The notes under the pieces were generated by a model. That model made no database searches. It was not told the DNA's origin and was given only the letters and a program-made list of their open reading frames with translations. Made by a program: the position numbers and the translations under genes. A stretch of 64,000 bases of DNA from Patescibacteria group bacterium (lineage in GTDB: Bacteria > Patescibacteriota > Patescibacteriia > UBA10025 > JAHIVO01), in the NCBI GenBank assembly GCA_041660605.1, contig JBAZWB010000001.1:558503-622502 (forward strand). Reading direction: 5' to 3'. Shown piece after piece: positions 1 to 9,206 of the stretch (the first letter of the stretch is position 1; each line of letters opens with the position of its first letter).

Positions 1-8
1 TATTTTTT

Positions 9-1883
9 TTACAATAGACTTATCGGGTCGCGGTCAATTTGCCAGTCATTTGGTATTTTTGCTATTAATGAACGCAGGCCGGTCTTTTCAAAATCATGGA
101 AAAATTTAACAACCAGATACATCTGCCACTTTCCGCCAGTATAGGGTTTTAAAGGGGTAATAATGGAAATATCCTTTATAATAACCCTCAATTTATTATA
201 TGTTTGTTTTACTTCATTCAGGCAAGCCTGCTTATCGGCATTTTTGTAAGTGAACTTTATCAATCTGCAAAATGGGGGATAATGGTACTCAAGCCTTTCA
301 TGAAGCTCTCGTTCGTAAAATTTATCGTAACGGCCATCATTTAAAGAATTAATTGCCAAATGATCCGGATTATATGTTTGTAATATTATCCTGCCCTGGC
401 ATAAATATTTAATTTTAGAAAGCATTTGCCAGGTTTTTTCTGCAGCCATAAAATCAGGCAAATAAAGGAATGAGTCAGCCGAAATGATACCGGCCAGTGA
501 GATAGTTTCCCAGTCTAGAATATCAAAGGCCATTTCTGTGCCGATGATTATTTCAAAATTATTTGGGATGTTAATTTTTTCCGTATCTTTATCAAGCCTG
601 AATATTTTTTTGTCAGGCCAGCATTTTTTTACCTCATGCTCGACTTTCTGCGTACCGCTGCCGATAAATTTAAAAATTATTCCGGAACATTTTTTGCAAA
701 AAGGAGGCAGATCAGCCTTTCTATTGCAGCTGTGACAAAATAAAAAATTTTCATGCTGGTGAAAAGCAAAAGGCAGCTGGCAATCAGAGCATTTCAAAAC
801 TTCGCCGCAATCCCGGCATAACACTGTTGAAGAACTCCCTTTTTTATTTATGAAAAGAAATATTTTTTTGCGGTTTTTTAAATTTTGATTGACAGCTTCT
901 ATTAAATCTTCCGAAAGTTGCTGGTAATTGCCTTTTTTACGTTCATTTTTTAAATTAATTATCTCCACCGTTTTTCCCTGGTTTTTTGGATGGCAGGTAA
1001 TAACCCCCTTTTTTTTGTACTGCTCAAATGTACTGACTGTAGGAGCGCAGCTTAATTTAAGTAGTTTGCATTGATAAATCTCAGATAATTGCTCTGCTAC
1101 CAGACGCGCATCAAATCTGGGATTTTGATCAGCCTGTTTATGATTTTGATTTTCTTCCTGATCGAGAATTATAAGATCAGGATTTTTTACCGGCGCAAAA
1201 AGCGCCAGTTTCGTTCCGATTATCAGTTTTACCTGGCCAGTCAGAGTTTGATTGTAATTATAGTAAAATTCATTGTTACTAAGCTGACTATGGAAAATTG
1301 CTGTTTTTCCCTTTACCCGGGCTGGAAGCATGTTTGAATATCTGTATATATCATTAATTTTTGGGCAAATTAATAAAATTGTTCCGGCTATTTTTTTTAT
1401 ACACCAATATAACATTTGAGTATATTGCTCACCGGATGCCGGCCAAAATAGAAAATTCTTATCATCTGCATCCGTGACTTTTTTTAGAAAATCTTTTAAT
1501 TCTGGCGCTAGATCAGGCTGCCAAGAGCTTCCGATATCATAAACAACCGTTTTTAATTTCCTTTTTGGAATAGCCGGGAGCATCATTTTTATAACTGTGC
1601 CAGTTGAAACAAAATAATATCTGGAAAGCCATTCAGCCAGTATGATTTGTTCATTGGTCAATATTGGATCTTCCTGGATGATATCGGCCACCTCTTTTAT
1701 TTTTTTACCGGCGATAGCGGTTTGTTTTAATCTGATAACCACGCCTTCGATAAGGGTCTTTCTGAAGGGGATTGATACCAGATAGCCGACTTTCATTGTT
1801 TTAGCCAGGCGTTCGGGAATTTGGTAGTCAAATACTCCCATGTATTTTGGGAAGCGCCGTGATAAGATAATTTCTGCGTACAT
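9..1883 (-). CDS. priA: Primosomal protein N' (PriA) with degenerate helicase motifs
   Basis: N-terminal 3'-DNA-binding domain (FDYQIP...VSIPFR), four CxxC zinc pairs (CRDC, CSDC, CHSC, CKKC), GSGTQKVE, QTYNPDH, YPPF and C-terminal IDRDP. Confidence 0.93.
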   Translation of the reverse strand: MYAEIILSRRFPKYMGVFDYQIPERLAKTMKVGYLVSIPFRKTLIEGVVIRLKQTAIAGKKIKEVADIIQEDPILTNEQIILAEWLSRYYFVSTGTVIKMMLPAIPKRKLKTVVYDIGSSWQPDLAPELKDFLKKVTDADDKNFLFWPASGEQYTQMLYWCIKKIAGTILLICPKINDIYRYSNMLPARVKGKTAIFHSQLSNNEFYYNYNQTLTGQVKLIIGTKLALFAPVKNPDLIILDQEENQNHKQADQNPRFDARLVAEQLSEIYQCKLLKLSCAPTVSTFEQYKKKGVITCHPKNQGKTVEIINLKNERKKGNYQQLSEDLIEAVNQNLKNRKKIFLFINKKGSSSTVLCRDCGEVLKCSDCQLPFAFHQHENFLFCHSCNRKADLPPFCKKCSGIIFKFIGSGTQKVEHEVKKCWPDKKIFRLDKDTEKINIPNNFEIIIGTEMAFDILDWETISLAGIISADSFLYLPDFMAAEKTWQMLSKIKYLCQGRIILQTYNPDHLAINSLNDGRYDKFYERELHERLEYHYPPFCRLIKFTYKNADKQACLNEVKQTYNKLRVIIKDISIITPLKPYTGGKWQMYLVVKFFHDFEKTGLRSLIAKIPNDWQIDRDPISLL

Positions 1884-1913
1884 TTATTAGCAGTTAATTT
1901 ACTTAGAACGAAA

Positions 1914-2432
1914 TCATTTGTGCCTTTCCACGGTAAATCTGAATAGCTCGATTTTTTTATCGCTAGGATCAATATTGCCTTTTTCGCAGCAGATCAGAAA
2001 CTGCTCTTCTGCGGTTTCAACACCGATATCGGGCAGCAGTAAACCCGTGTGTCTGGAGTCGGACCTGACAATTAATCCGTATTTTTCAGGATCGTGATTT
2101 TCTAATGTAAGAATTTTTTCAGGACTGCTTAAAACGTCGACGTTAATATCTAGATTTTCCAGCTCATCTTTGGCCAGGGGAGGGAAACGCGGATCACTGA
2201 AGGCAGCCGAAACTGCATTATTGATTATTTCTGCGGCCATATTTGGCTCAGTAGGCCGGAAAGTTCCGATACATCCGCGCAGGGAATTATCCGATTTATT
2301 GTGTAATGATACAAATACTCCCGCTTGTTTATTCAAAAAAACTTCAGGTAAATTATGCGGGCATGCCAGCATCTTCCCATTTGTTAAATAATGCCTGATC
2401 GAGCTTATTGCCAAATTTGTATAAGTGTCCAT
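1914..2432 (-). CDS. amrA: AmmeMemoRadiSam system protein A (AMMECR1 domain)
   Basis: GVFVSL, LRGCIGT and DPRFPPL motifs; amrB and amrS nearby. Confidence 0.92.
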   Translation of the reverse strand: MDTYTNLAISSIRHYLTNGKMLACPHNLPEVFLNKQAGVFVSLHNKSDNSLRGCIGTFRPTEPNMAAEIINNAVSAAFSDPRFPPLAKDELENLDINVDVLSSPEKILTLENHDPEKYGLIVRSDSRHTGLLLPDIGVETAEEQFLICCEKGNIDPSDKKIELFRFTVERHK

Positions 2433-2462
2433 GGCCTTATTTTAGCATTATTAGCACAAATA

Positions 2463-2489
2463 GAAAAAGCCGTAATTAGCGGCTTTTTC
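2463..2489. terminator. Bidirectional intrinsic terminator
   Basis: gaaaaagccg-taattag-cggctttttc, perfect 10-bp inverted repeat including A/T tracts. Confidence 0.75.
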
Positions 2490-2503
2490 AAAATAAATGT
2501 ATT

Positions 2504-3187
2504 TTACAGGTTTGAAAGTAATTTTTTTGAAATAGTGTATTCCGGTTTTACTAACTTCGACAATGTTTGACTGGAAAATAGCTTAGCCAGTAAACTGACC
2601 AGAGAATTCACCGAAACATAGCTTAAAGCAATACCGCCGGTAAACATTACCCTTTCCAGGAAGACTACCGGAATTAGAGCTATCCATACTTCAGACGGCA
2701 GGTTAAACGCATATAAAAAGGCGACCGAACCGACAGCGTGCGCCGTGAAAGTAGCGCCTAAACTGTTAAAGACCAGGCTCCTTTTTATAAATAGAGTGGC
2801 CACTGGTATCAGCCAGTAAAGTGAAAAAAACCAGGCGCCACGGCCGTTTGGGTGCAAATTAAAAAGTATTATGCAGATAATCGGCACGATGGCGATGAGG
2901 CCCCTCTTTTTCCTAAGCCCTAAATAAAAAGCTGCAAAAGCCAACGGGAAGAAACGAACGATAGTAATAAAATCGAGAGTTTGGTGAGTTATAAGTGCAT
3001 TAGTAAATTTAACGGCTATGACAGCTATTGCGCCCCAGATTGAAGCTAGAAACATGCCGATAGCAGGCGCAAAAAAATCAAATAAGCTGAATTTCTGGCC
3101 TGAGCCTACGATATTAGTAAAGGGTATTTGCAATAGCAAAAAACCCAAAATGGTAAACACAGCAATAAACAGAAACTTCTTTTTCAT
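2504..3187 (-). CDS. Polytopic membrane protein, possibly ECF S-component-like
   Basis: About 6 hydrophobic segments in 227 aa; family assignment is inference. Confidence 0.6.
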   Translation of the reverse strand: MKKKFLFIAVFTILGFLLLQIPFTNIVGSGQKFSLFDFFAPAIGMFLASIWGAIAVIAVKFTNALITHQTLDFITIVRFFPLAFAAFYLGLRKKRGLIAIVPIICIILFNLHPNGRGAWFFSLYWLIPVATLFIKRSLVFNSLGATFTAHAVGSVAFLYAFNLPSEVWIALIPVVFLERVMFTGGIALSYVSVNSLVSLLAKLFSSQTLSKLVKPEYTISKKLLSNL

Positions 3188-3209
3188 AATTTTTATTAAA
3201 TATTAATAA

Positions 3210-4007
3210 TTATCTTGGAAGCTGGAAATTCACTACTAAATATCCTACACCAAACGGCCCTTCATAAGACAGGATTTCCGGAGTATATTCCGTGGTGTTC
3301 AAAATGCCCAGTAAAATTATCAGTGAGCGTAAGCCGCATTCACCGGCTTCATCTATAAAATCTTCATCCAGAGATTTTATGCCGTTGTGATCTCTAGATT
3401 TTATTTTTTCAATTATCGTTTCGTCGAATTTTTTTGCCCAATGGGAGTATCCGGCCGGAGCATCGGTTGTCAGACGATGAGACATGTCTCCGGAGGCGAT
3501 TACGGCAATTCTCTTTGTATCATTGATAATATCTTCCTGAAGCTTACGTCCTAAATCGTAATGTGCCTGATAGTCGAGCAGGGAATAGGAAATGGGTACG
3601 ATTTTTATTTTATTACTATCAAATAATTTAGTCAAATAATACAGCGGGACGCCAACGCCATGGTCAAGTTTTTCCTGGTGTGTCAGCACAACCGGAATTT
3701 TTGTTTCCAAAATTTCTTTATAATGATGTATCAAGCCTATATCTCCATTCAGCGGGATTTTTATTGACAAATCGCCGAAATCATTGAAATTAATTTCAAA
3801 TTTTGGCGACATATTTATGCTAAAAGCTTCAGGTATAATCTGACCGTGCGGAGAAATCGTAATAATTGTCTCCGGCTTGGAGGCATAAAGCTCTTCCGCC
3901 AGTTTTTGCATTGCTTTAACGGTTTTTTCCACAAATTTCAGATTTTCTTTACCGATTTCCGGGACAATTAATGGCGGATGCGGGGTTAAGGCGCTGAAGA
4001 CTAGCAT
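3210..4007 (-). CDS. amrB: AmmeMemoRadiSam system protein B (MEMO/LigB-like fold)
   Basis: PHPP, ISPH, LDHG, ASGDMSH, ECG and YEGPFGVGY motifs. Confidence 0.88.
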   Translation of the reverse strand: MLVFSALTPHPPLIVPEIGKENLKFVEKTVKAMQKLAEELYASKPETIITISPHGQIIPEAFSINMSPKFEINFNDFGDLSIKIPLNGDIGLIHHYKEILETKIPVVLTHQEKLDHGVGVPLYYLTKLFDSNKIKIVPISYSLLDYQAHYDLGRKLQEDIINDTKRIAVIASGDMSHRLTTDAPAGYSHWAKKFDETIIEKIKSRDHNGIKSLDEDFIDEAGECGLRSLIILLGILNTTEYTPEILSYEGPFGVGYLVVNFQLPR

Positions 4008-4010
4008 AAG

Positions 4011-5411
4011 TTATTGTTGATTAATGTCTATAGGGTCACCTTCAAGATGGATTAAAACGGCTTTATCGGTAGTCCAAATGATGTTTTTCCATTGAAATCC
4101 CAGAGCATCGAATGTTTCCTTGCTGGCAATGCCATGGCGTATGCCATTATTAACAAAATAAACACCATGCATTCCAGGCGAAGTGATTAATTCTCCATCT
4201 TTGAAAGTTATAGGATCACCCTGCGGATACTGATCAATCTCGCTTTGTTCTACCACCACGGGCTTGCGGGTAGCAAATCTGTTTTTAAGAATTTCTTTTG
4301 ACCAGATTGATTGTCTGACTCCGTTCTCCACATAAGATATTCCGCCGGTTTCTTTGGACTGCAATAAAACTCCGGTTGGGTAGATACTGCGCATATTTAT
4401 ATTTGGACCGAAGCTATAGGCCGATAATTCAGATTCACTGGCTTTAATAATCTCTTCAGGGTTGAAGCCAATTTCACGAAAAACATCAGGCGACTCAATA
4501 TATCGGCGCTGATCCCCGTCAATCAGATATACCCGGCCAGTTTCATTGGATAGTATCAACGAATAGTTGGCAAACTTGATCGGCGCGCCATCTGGATAAG
4601 CGTTAATATCACTCAGAGAAACCAGAATTATTTTTGATGGATCAAAACGCGAGACCAGGGCAGAACGTGATAAAAATGGCCGTCGTTTGCCGTCTTTAAT
4701 TAAATATACTCCATTTTCTCCCTCAACCTGAACAAGCGAACCGTCGGGATAATGCTTAGTGAACCATTGGTTCCAAAATTTCCAAATGTTAAAATTGGCA
4801 TTATATACATAGGGAGTGTAAGTATATAATGCAGCTGTGGCGTTATTAGCGGGAGTTACTTGATAGCCGTCACCGGTAGTTTTGGTGATTCCGGGACCCC
4901 AGCCGGTAAATGTCCTGCCATATAACTCGAGATCAGCCAAGTAGCTTTCCCTGATTTTTCGGGCTGACCATAAGACTTGATTATAGAAACCCTTATATTT
5001 TGCCACTGCCGGGTCATCTTTTGAGCAGCTGTCGCAGACAGCATAGCCGGTTGCCCAATCAAGCTGAGCTTGACTAGGAGTACTGTCTGTAATCAGACTT
5101 TGTTCTATCTGCATCCTGACCATCAGATATTGGGGATTAATAGTCCACTGGCGTCCGACTTCGTATAGTATTTCAGCAGCTGTTTTTTCATTCCCATTCG
5201 CGTCAGTAGTTTTATATGTTCCCAAAGCGCCTTGTCCGGATAAAAAGTTTTGAATCCTGGCCAACGAAGTGGCATTGGCATTAGTCATATCAATGTCCGA
5301 AATAATGTGATTTGGGTTGAAAGTTACGGCCAAAGCAGTTACCGGAAACATGAAAAAAGCCATGATGCAAATAATAGCGTTTTTTATTATTTTTTTGCTT
5401 GGCATAATCAA
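4011..5411 (-). CDS. Secreted protein with a possible lysozyme-like N-terminal domain and repeated C-terminal beta modules
   Basis: Signal peptide; INPQ...EQSL and ATAALYTYTP; about 4 repeats of the type G.L......VY.I..G.RR. Confidence 0.65.
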   Translation of the reverse strand: MIMPSKKIIKNAIICIMAFFMFPVTALAVTFNPNHIISDIDMTNANATSLARIQNFLSGQGALGTYKTTDANGNEKTAAEILYEVGRQWTINPQYLMVRMQIEQSLITDSTPSQAQLDWATGYAVCDSCSKDDPAVAKYKGFYNQVLWSARKIRESYLADLELYGRTFTGWGPGITKTTGDGYQVTPANNATAALYTYTPYVYNANFNIWKFWNQWFTKHYPDGSLVQVEGENGVYLIKDGKRRPFLSRSALVSRFDPSKIILVSLSDINAYPDGAPIKFANYSLILSNETGRVYLIDGDQRRYIESPDVFREIGFNPEEIIKASESELSAYSFGPNINMRSIYPTGVLLQSKETGGISYVENGVRQSIWSKEILKNRFATRKPVVVEQSEIDQYPQGDPITFKDGELITSPGMHGVYFVNNGIRHGIASKETFDALGFQWKNIIWTTDKAVLIHLEGDPIDINQQ

Positions 5412-6454
5412 TTAAATAATGGTTTTATCTTATATTGGCACTTAGGGCATTGGCCTTTATTATCGTATCTATCTATATCATAACCAAAACGTCTGATAAC
5501 AATTGTAGCACATTTTGGGCAATATGTGTTTTCAGATTCAAGACCCGGTACATTGCCGGTATAAACGTAATTTAAGCCGGCTTTTTTGCCGATATCCCAG
5601 GCTTTTTTCAGAGTTATTGCTTTGCTTTCTGGCAAATCCTGCAGTTTATATGAGATTTCCGGAGAAAATGAGGAAATATGCCAGGGTGTATCCGGGCCTA
5701 GTTCAGTTAAAATGAAGTCAGCCATTTGACTAAACATTTTTTCATCATCGCTGAGAGTGGGAATAGAAAGCGTGGTAATCTCTATCCAAATGCCGAATTT
5801 TTTCAGCGTTTTTAAATTTTTTAAAATCGGCTGAAGCTTACCGCCGCAGATTTTTAGATAGTCTTTGTCATTAAAAAATTTTAAATCAACATTAATTGCG
5901 TCAAGATAGGGGATGATCAGCTCCAGCGTTTTTTCTGACATATAGCCGTTTGACACCCAGACGTTTTTTATTTTTTTTGATCTAGCCAATTTCATGCAGT
6001 CAAGAGCGTATTCCATCCAGATAGTCGGTTCAGTATAAGTGTAAGCAATGCTCTGGCAATTATTTTTCAAAGCATCGTTGATTACCTGAACTGGCGGCAG
6101 GTTTTCGCCGCTGATTTTCAGATCAGTATAGCCGGTTTGTTTTGAAGCCTGGGAGATTTGCCAGTTCTGACAATTATCACAGCGAAAATTGCACCCAACG
6201 GTGGCTATAGATAAGGCTTTAGAGCCCGGTAAAAAATGAAAAAATGGCTTTTTTTCGATGGGATCAATAGCTTCGGAGATAGCTTTGCCATATACTAACA
6301 GATAAAGTTTCCCATTGTGATTTTCCCGGACCCCGCAAATTCCCCGATGATTAACAAAAATAGCGCAGTGATGGTTGCAGACATGGCATTGCACTTTATT
6401 ATTTTCTAGCTTTTCATAAAGAAGAGCCTCTTTCATGATAATATATTTTAACAT
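5408..6454 (-). CDS. amrS: AmmeMemoRadiSam radical SAM enzyme
   Basis: CNFRCDNCQN (CxxxCxxC), DPIEKKP, YTYTEP and C-terminal CPKC pairs; start may be the second Met (MKEA). Confidence 0.95.
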   Translation of the reverse strand: MLKYIIMKEALLYEKLENNKVQCHVCNHHCAIFVNHRGICGVRENHNGKLYLLVYGKAISEAIDPIEKKPFFHFLPGSKALSIATVGCNFRCDNCQNWQISQASKQTGYTDLKISGENLPPVQVINDALKNNCQSIAYTYTEPTIWMEYALDCMKLARSKKIKNVWVSNGYMSEKTLELIIPYLDAINVDLKFFNDKDYLKICGGKLQPILKNLKTLKKFGIWIEITTLSIPTLSDDEKMFSQMADFILTELGPDTPWHISSFSPEISYKLQDLPESKAITLKKAWDIGKKAGLNYVYTGNVPGLESENTYCPKCATIVIRRFGYDIDRYDNKGQCPKCQYKIKPLFN

Positions 6455-6491
6455 ATTCTAATTGGTTGATAAAGCGTAATAATCAGGGTTT

Positions 6492-6520
6492 TTGTAAAAA
6501 AATGCTTATTAAAGTATAAT
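6492..6520 (+). promoter_or_regulatory. Sigma70 promoter, probably leaderless thpR transcript
   Basis: TTGTAA-N17-TATAAT, ATG 6 nt after the -10. Confidence 0.65.
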
Positions 6521-6526
6521 TTAGCT

Positions 6527-7072
6527 ATGAAAAAAAGGGTCTTTATTGCCATTGATCTGCCGGAAATTTTGAAGCAGGAAATAAAGAAACTGCAGATTAA
6601 ACTGCAAAAATTTAGTTGGCCAGTACGCTGGGAAGAAAAAGAGAAATTGCATTTAACACTTCGTTTTTTAGGTTTAATTGATGAACACCAGATATCAAGC
6701 ATAAGCAGGATCGTCAAAGAAGCAGTAGCTAAATCCGAATCATTTCAACTGTCAGTCGATGGTTTTATCGCATATCCTAATCTAAGATTCCCCAGCGTAA
6801 TTTGTTTGCTGATTGAAGATAGTAAAACCCTTTATAGTTTACAAGGCGAAATTGACAGTACCATTGAAAAACAGAATATCGGTGAAAAAGAACGGCATCC
6901 TTTTTCCGCGCACATTACCATAGGACGAGTAGGAAAAATAAATACAAACTTTCACGCTTTGAACAAAATAGAATTTAAATCAAAATTTGATGTTCAATCA
7001 ATGGAAATAATGGAAAGTAAATTAGATAATGAAGGCAGTAAATATTTTATTTTAAAATCATTCAAATTATAA
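6527..7072 (+). CDS. thpR: RNA 2',3'-cyclic phosphodiesterase (2H family)
   Basis: RVFIAI start and two HxT motifs (HLTL, HITI). Confidence 0.92.
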   Translation: MKKRVFIAIDLPEILKQEIKKLQIKLQKFSWPVRWEEKEKLHLTLRFLGLIDEHQISSISRIVKEAVAKSESFQLSVDGFIAYPNLRFPSVICLLIEDSKTLYSLQGEIDSTIEKQNIGEKERHPFSAHITIGRVGKINTNFHALNKIEFKSKFDVQSMEIMESKLDNEGSKYFILKSFKL

Positions 7073-7075
7073 AAA

Positions 7076-7819
7076 ATGGAAATTAGAATATTAGGCGTTA
7101 AAATTGATAATTTTTCTTTAGCTGAAGTTTTGCAAAAAGTAAAAAGTTTTTTAATCAGCAAAAATCAGCATTATATTGTCACCACTAATCCCGAATTTAT
7201 TATGGCCAGCCGCCATGACGATGAATTTAGGAATATTTTGAACAAAGCTGATTTATCCGTGGCTGACGGGATTGGCATTAAATTTGCCGCTAAACATTTG
7301 GGTAATAAATTAAAGGAACGGATAAGTGGTGTTGATTTAATATGGGAAATTTGCCGGATCGCAGAACAAGAAAAAAAATCTGTTTTTTTACTGGGGTCCA
7401 AAAGGGGAGTGCCGGAAACTGCGGCTGTTAAAATTATTCAAAAATTTCCAGATTTAAAGTTAGCCGGCGTTGAGTGTGGTTACCGGCGTTGGCACAGACA
7501 CATGAAAGATGACAAATTAGTGGAAATAATCAACCGCCGCAAGCCGGATGTTTTATTTGTTGCTTTTGGGCAGGTAAAGCAGGAAAAATGGATATATCAT
7601 AATTTGCCTAAAATGCCCTCAATTAAGCTGGCTATGGGCGTTGGCGGGTCATTTGACTATATTTCCGGCAAAACGCGCCGTGCCCCTAAATGGATGCGAA
7701 ATATGGGTCTGGAATGGTTTTTCCGCCTTATTTACCAACCCTGGCGTCTACCGCGTATAATTACCGCAGTATTGAAGTTCAGTCTGGCAGTCAGAAAGTC
7801 AAAAAAACATGAAATTTAA
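7076..7819 (+). CDS. WecB/TagA/CpsF family glycosyltransferase
   Basis: TNPE, ADGIG, RISGVDL, KQEKWI, GVGGSFD and RAPKWM motifs. Confidence 0.92.
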   Translation: MEIRILGVKIDNFSLAEVLQKVKSFLISKNQHYIVTTNPEFIMASRHDDEFRNILNKADLSVADGIGIKFAAKHLGNKLKERISGVDLIWEICRIAEQEKKSVFLLGSKRGVPETAAVKIIQKFPDLKLAGVECGYRRWHRHMKDDKLVEIINRRKPDVLFVAFGQVKQEKWIYHNLPKMPSIKLAMGVGGSFDYISGKTRRAPKWMRNMGLEWFFRLIYQPWRLPRIITAVLKFSLAVRKSKKHEI

Positions 7820-8477
7820 ATATTTTGATATTATTTTAGGGTTGTTTGTGGCAGTATTGCTTATTTCAAACATTGCTTCCACAAAAATATTGAAATTAGG
7901 CCCATTTACCTTTGATGGAGGAACTATTTTATTTCCAATAATTTACATTTTTGGCGATATTTTAACTGAAGTGTACGGCTACCGGGCCTCACGCAGGGTT
8001 ATCTGGACAGGTTTTTTTAGCGCTTTACTCATGTCAATTATCTTTATTATTGTTGGCAGGCTACCAGCAGCTGATGGTTGGGTGAATCAGGATGCTTACA
8101 ATAAAATTTTAGGCCTGACTCCCAGAATTGTCACCGCCTCCTTAATTGCATATTTTTGTGGAGAATTTTCCAATTCATTTATTTTAGCCAAAATGAAAAT
8201 ATTTACTAAAGGAAAATATCTTTGGACCAGAACAATCGGTTCAACAATTGTTGGAGAAGGCGCTGATACTATATTATTTGTAGTCATTGCGTTTTTTGGC
8301 ATTCTGCCAATGAGCTTGCTTCTGGCAATAGTTATTTCAAACTACCTTTTTAAAGTCGGATTTGAAATAATTTTAACGCCGGCCACTTACAAAATAGTAG
8401 GTTGGCTGAAAAGAAAAGAAAATTCGGATGTTTATGATACGCAGACAAATTTCAATCCGTTCTCGATAAAAAAATAA
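7809..8477 (+). CDS. yhhQ: Queuosine precursor transporter (YhhQ/VUT family)
   Basis: SNIASTK, DILTEVYG, RIVTASLIAY and RTIGSTIVGE motifs; multiple TM segments. Confidence 0.88.
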   Translation: MKFKYFDIILGLFVAVLLISNIASTKILKLGPFTFDGGTILFPIIYIFGDILTEVYGYRASRRVIWTGFFSALLMSIIFIIVGRLPAADGWVNQDAYNKILGLTPRIVTASLIAYFCGEFSNSFILAKMKIFTKGKYLWTRTIGSTIVGEGADTILFVVIAFFGILPMSLLLAIVISNYLFKVGFEIILTPATYKIVGWLKRKENSDVYDTQTNFNPFSIKK

Positions 8478-8599
8478 ACACGATAAAAATTTTCAAATTT
8501 AGTGAAATACCGCACCCCTTCACGATTTCGTATTAATAAGACCGTGCTAATAAATAAATTAAATTAATTAAGAAATAATTGTTTTTAATAATGTCCATC

Positions 8600-8628
8600 T
8601 TGACAGATTTTTCTTATAATAATATACT
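8600..8628 (+). promoter_or_regulatory. Near-consensus sigma70 promoter
   Basis: TTGACA-N17-TATACT. Confidence 0.75.
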
Positions 8629-8731
8629 AAAATTGACAATTGAATAGACGGTAAGTGTTTTCGGAAGCAGTCAAAAAACACTTAAAACAAAAACCAATAT
8701 CCGATAAAGTAGTTGGTTCTTTTACATTCGA

Positions 8732-8914
8732 AATTAATAATATTTTGCTAGGTGGGACCACTTCTTTGTCTGAGCTGGTATCAAGCAAGGTAGCAGGGAA
8801 AAAAAATTCAGGATTTCCTAGTATCTTTTCTTGAACCGGACCCCTTGGTTTTAAAAAGGCCAGGCCTCAAAAGGAGCTATTCAAAAGGTCTTGCCTAGCG
8901 ATATATTATTAATT
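8732..8914 (+). ncRNA. Candidate rod-shaped structured RNA of 6S-like size
   Basis: 8732-8759 pairs with 8887-8914 (23 Watson-Crick, 4 G-U, 1 mismatch); internal stems tgag/ctca, ctggt/gccag, caagg/ccttg, ttcagga/tcttgaa; promoter upstream. Confidence 0.5.
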
Positions 8915-8927
8915 AACAGCTCGCGTA

Positions 8928-9112
8928 TGCGTACGAAGACAAAAAGGGAACTGATCGAGGACATGAAATTTCAGCAAATGAAAAGGTTCCTCGGCATACA
9001 CCGGGTGAGAAATTATTGTTCCGGCTGCGGTGAGGAAATTCATGAGCCGATTTACTGCCAGGAATGCCAGGCGGAAATCGAAAGGATTAATCTGAGGAAT
9101 CAGTTTAAGTAG
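8928..9112 (+). CDS. Small putative zinc-finger protein
   Basis: CSGC-x9-CQEC; ATG at 8928 (alternative 8963 with GAGG); hairpin at about 9142-9172 follows. Confidence 0.55.
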
Positions 9113-9206
9113 AAGAAGCGCACCTATAAATTCGAAATTTTGGAGGCCCCAAAAATGATTTTGGGCTGCTTTGGTTATTTAATAATTATTATGATATAAT
9201 TTAAAC

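Noticed and set aside
6455-8477. preQ1 riboswitch for the queuosine precursor transporter
   Set aside because: yhhQ overlaps the upstream gene and the operon appears leaderless; no preQ1 aptamer pattern was seen.
8652-8700. SRP RNA (cggaagcag resembles part of domain IV)
   Set aside because: The CAGG partner strand and tetraloop helix are missing; only a short word matches.
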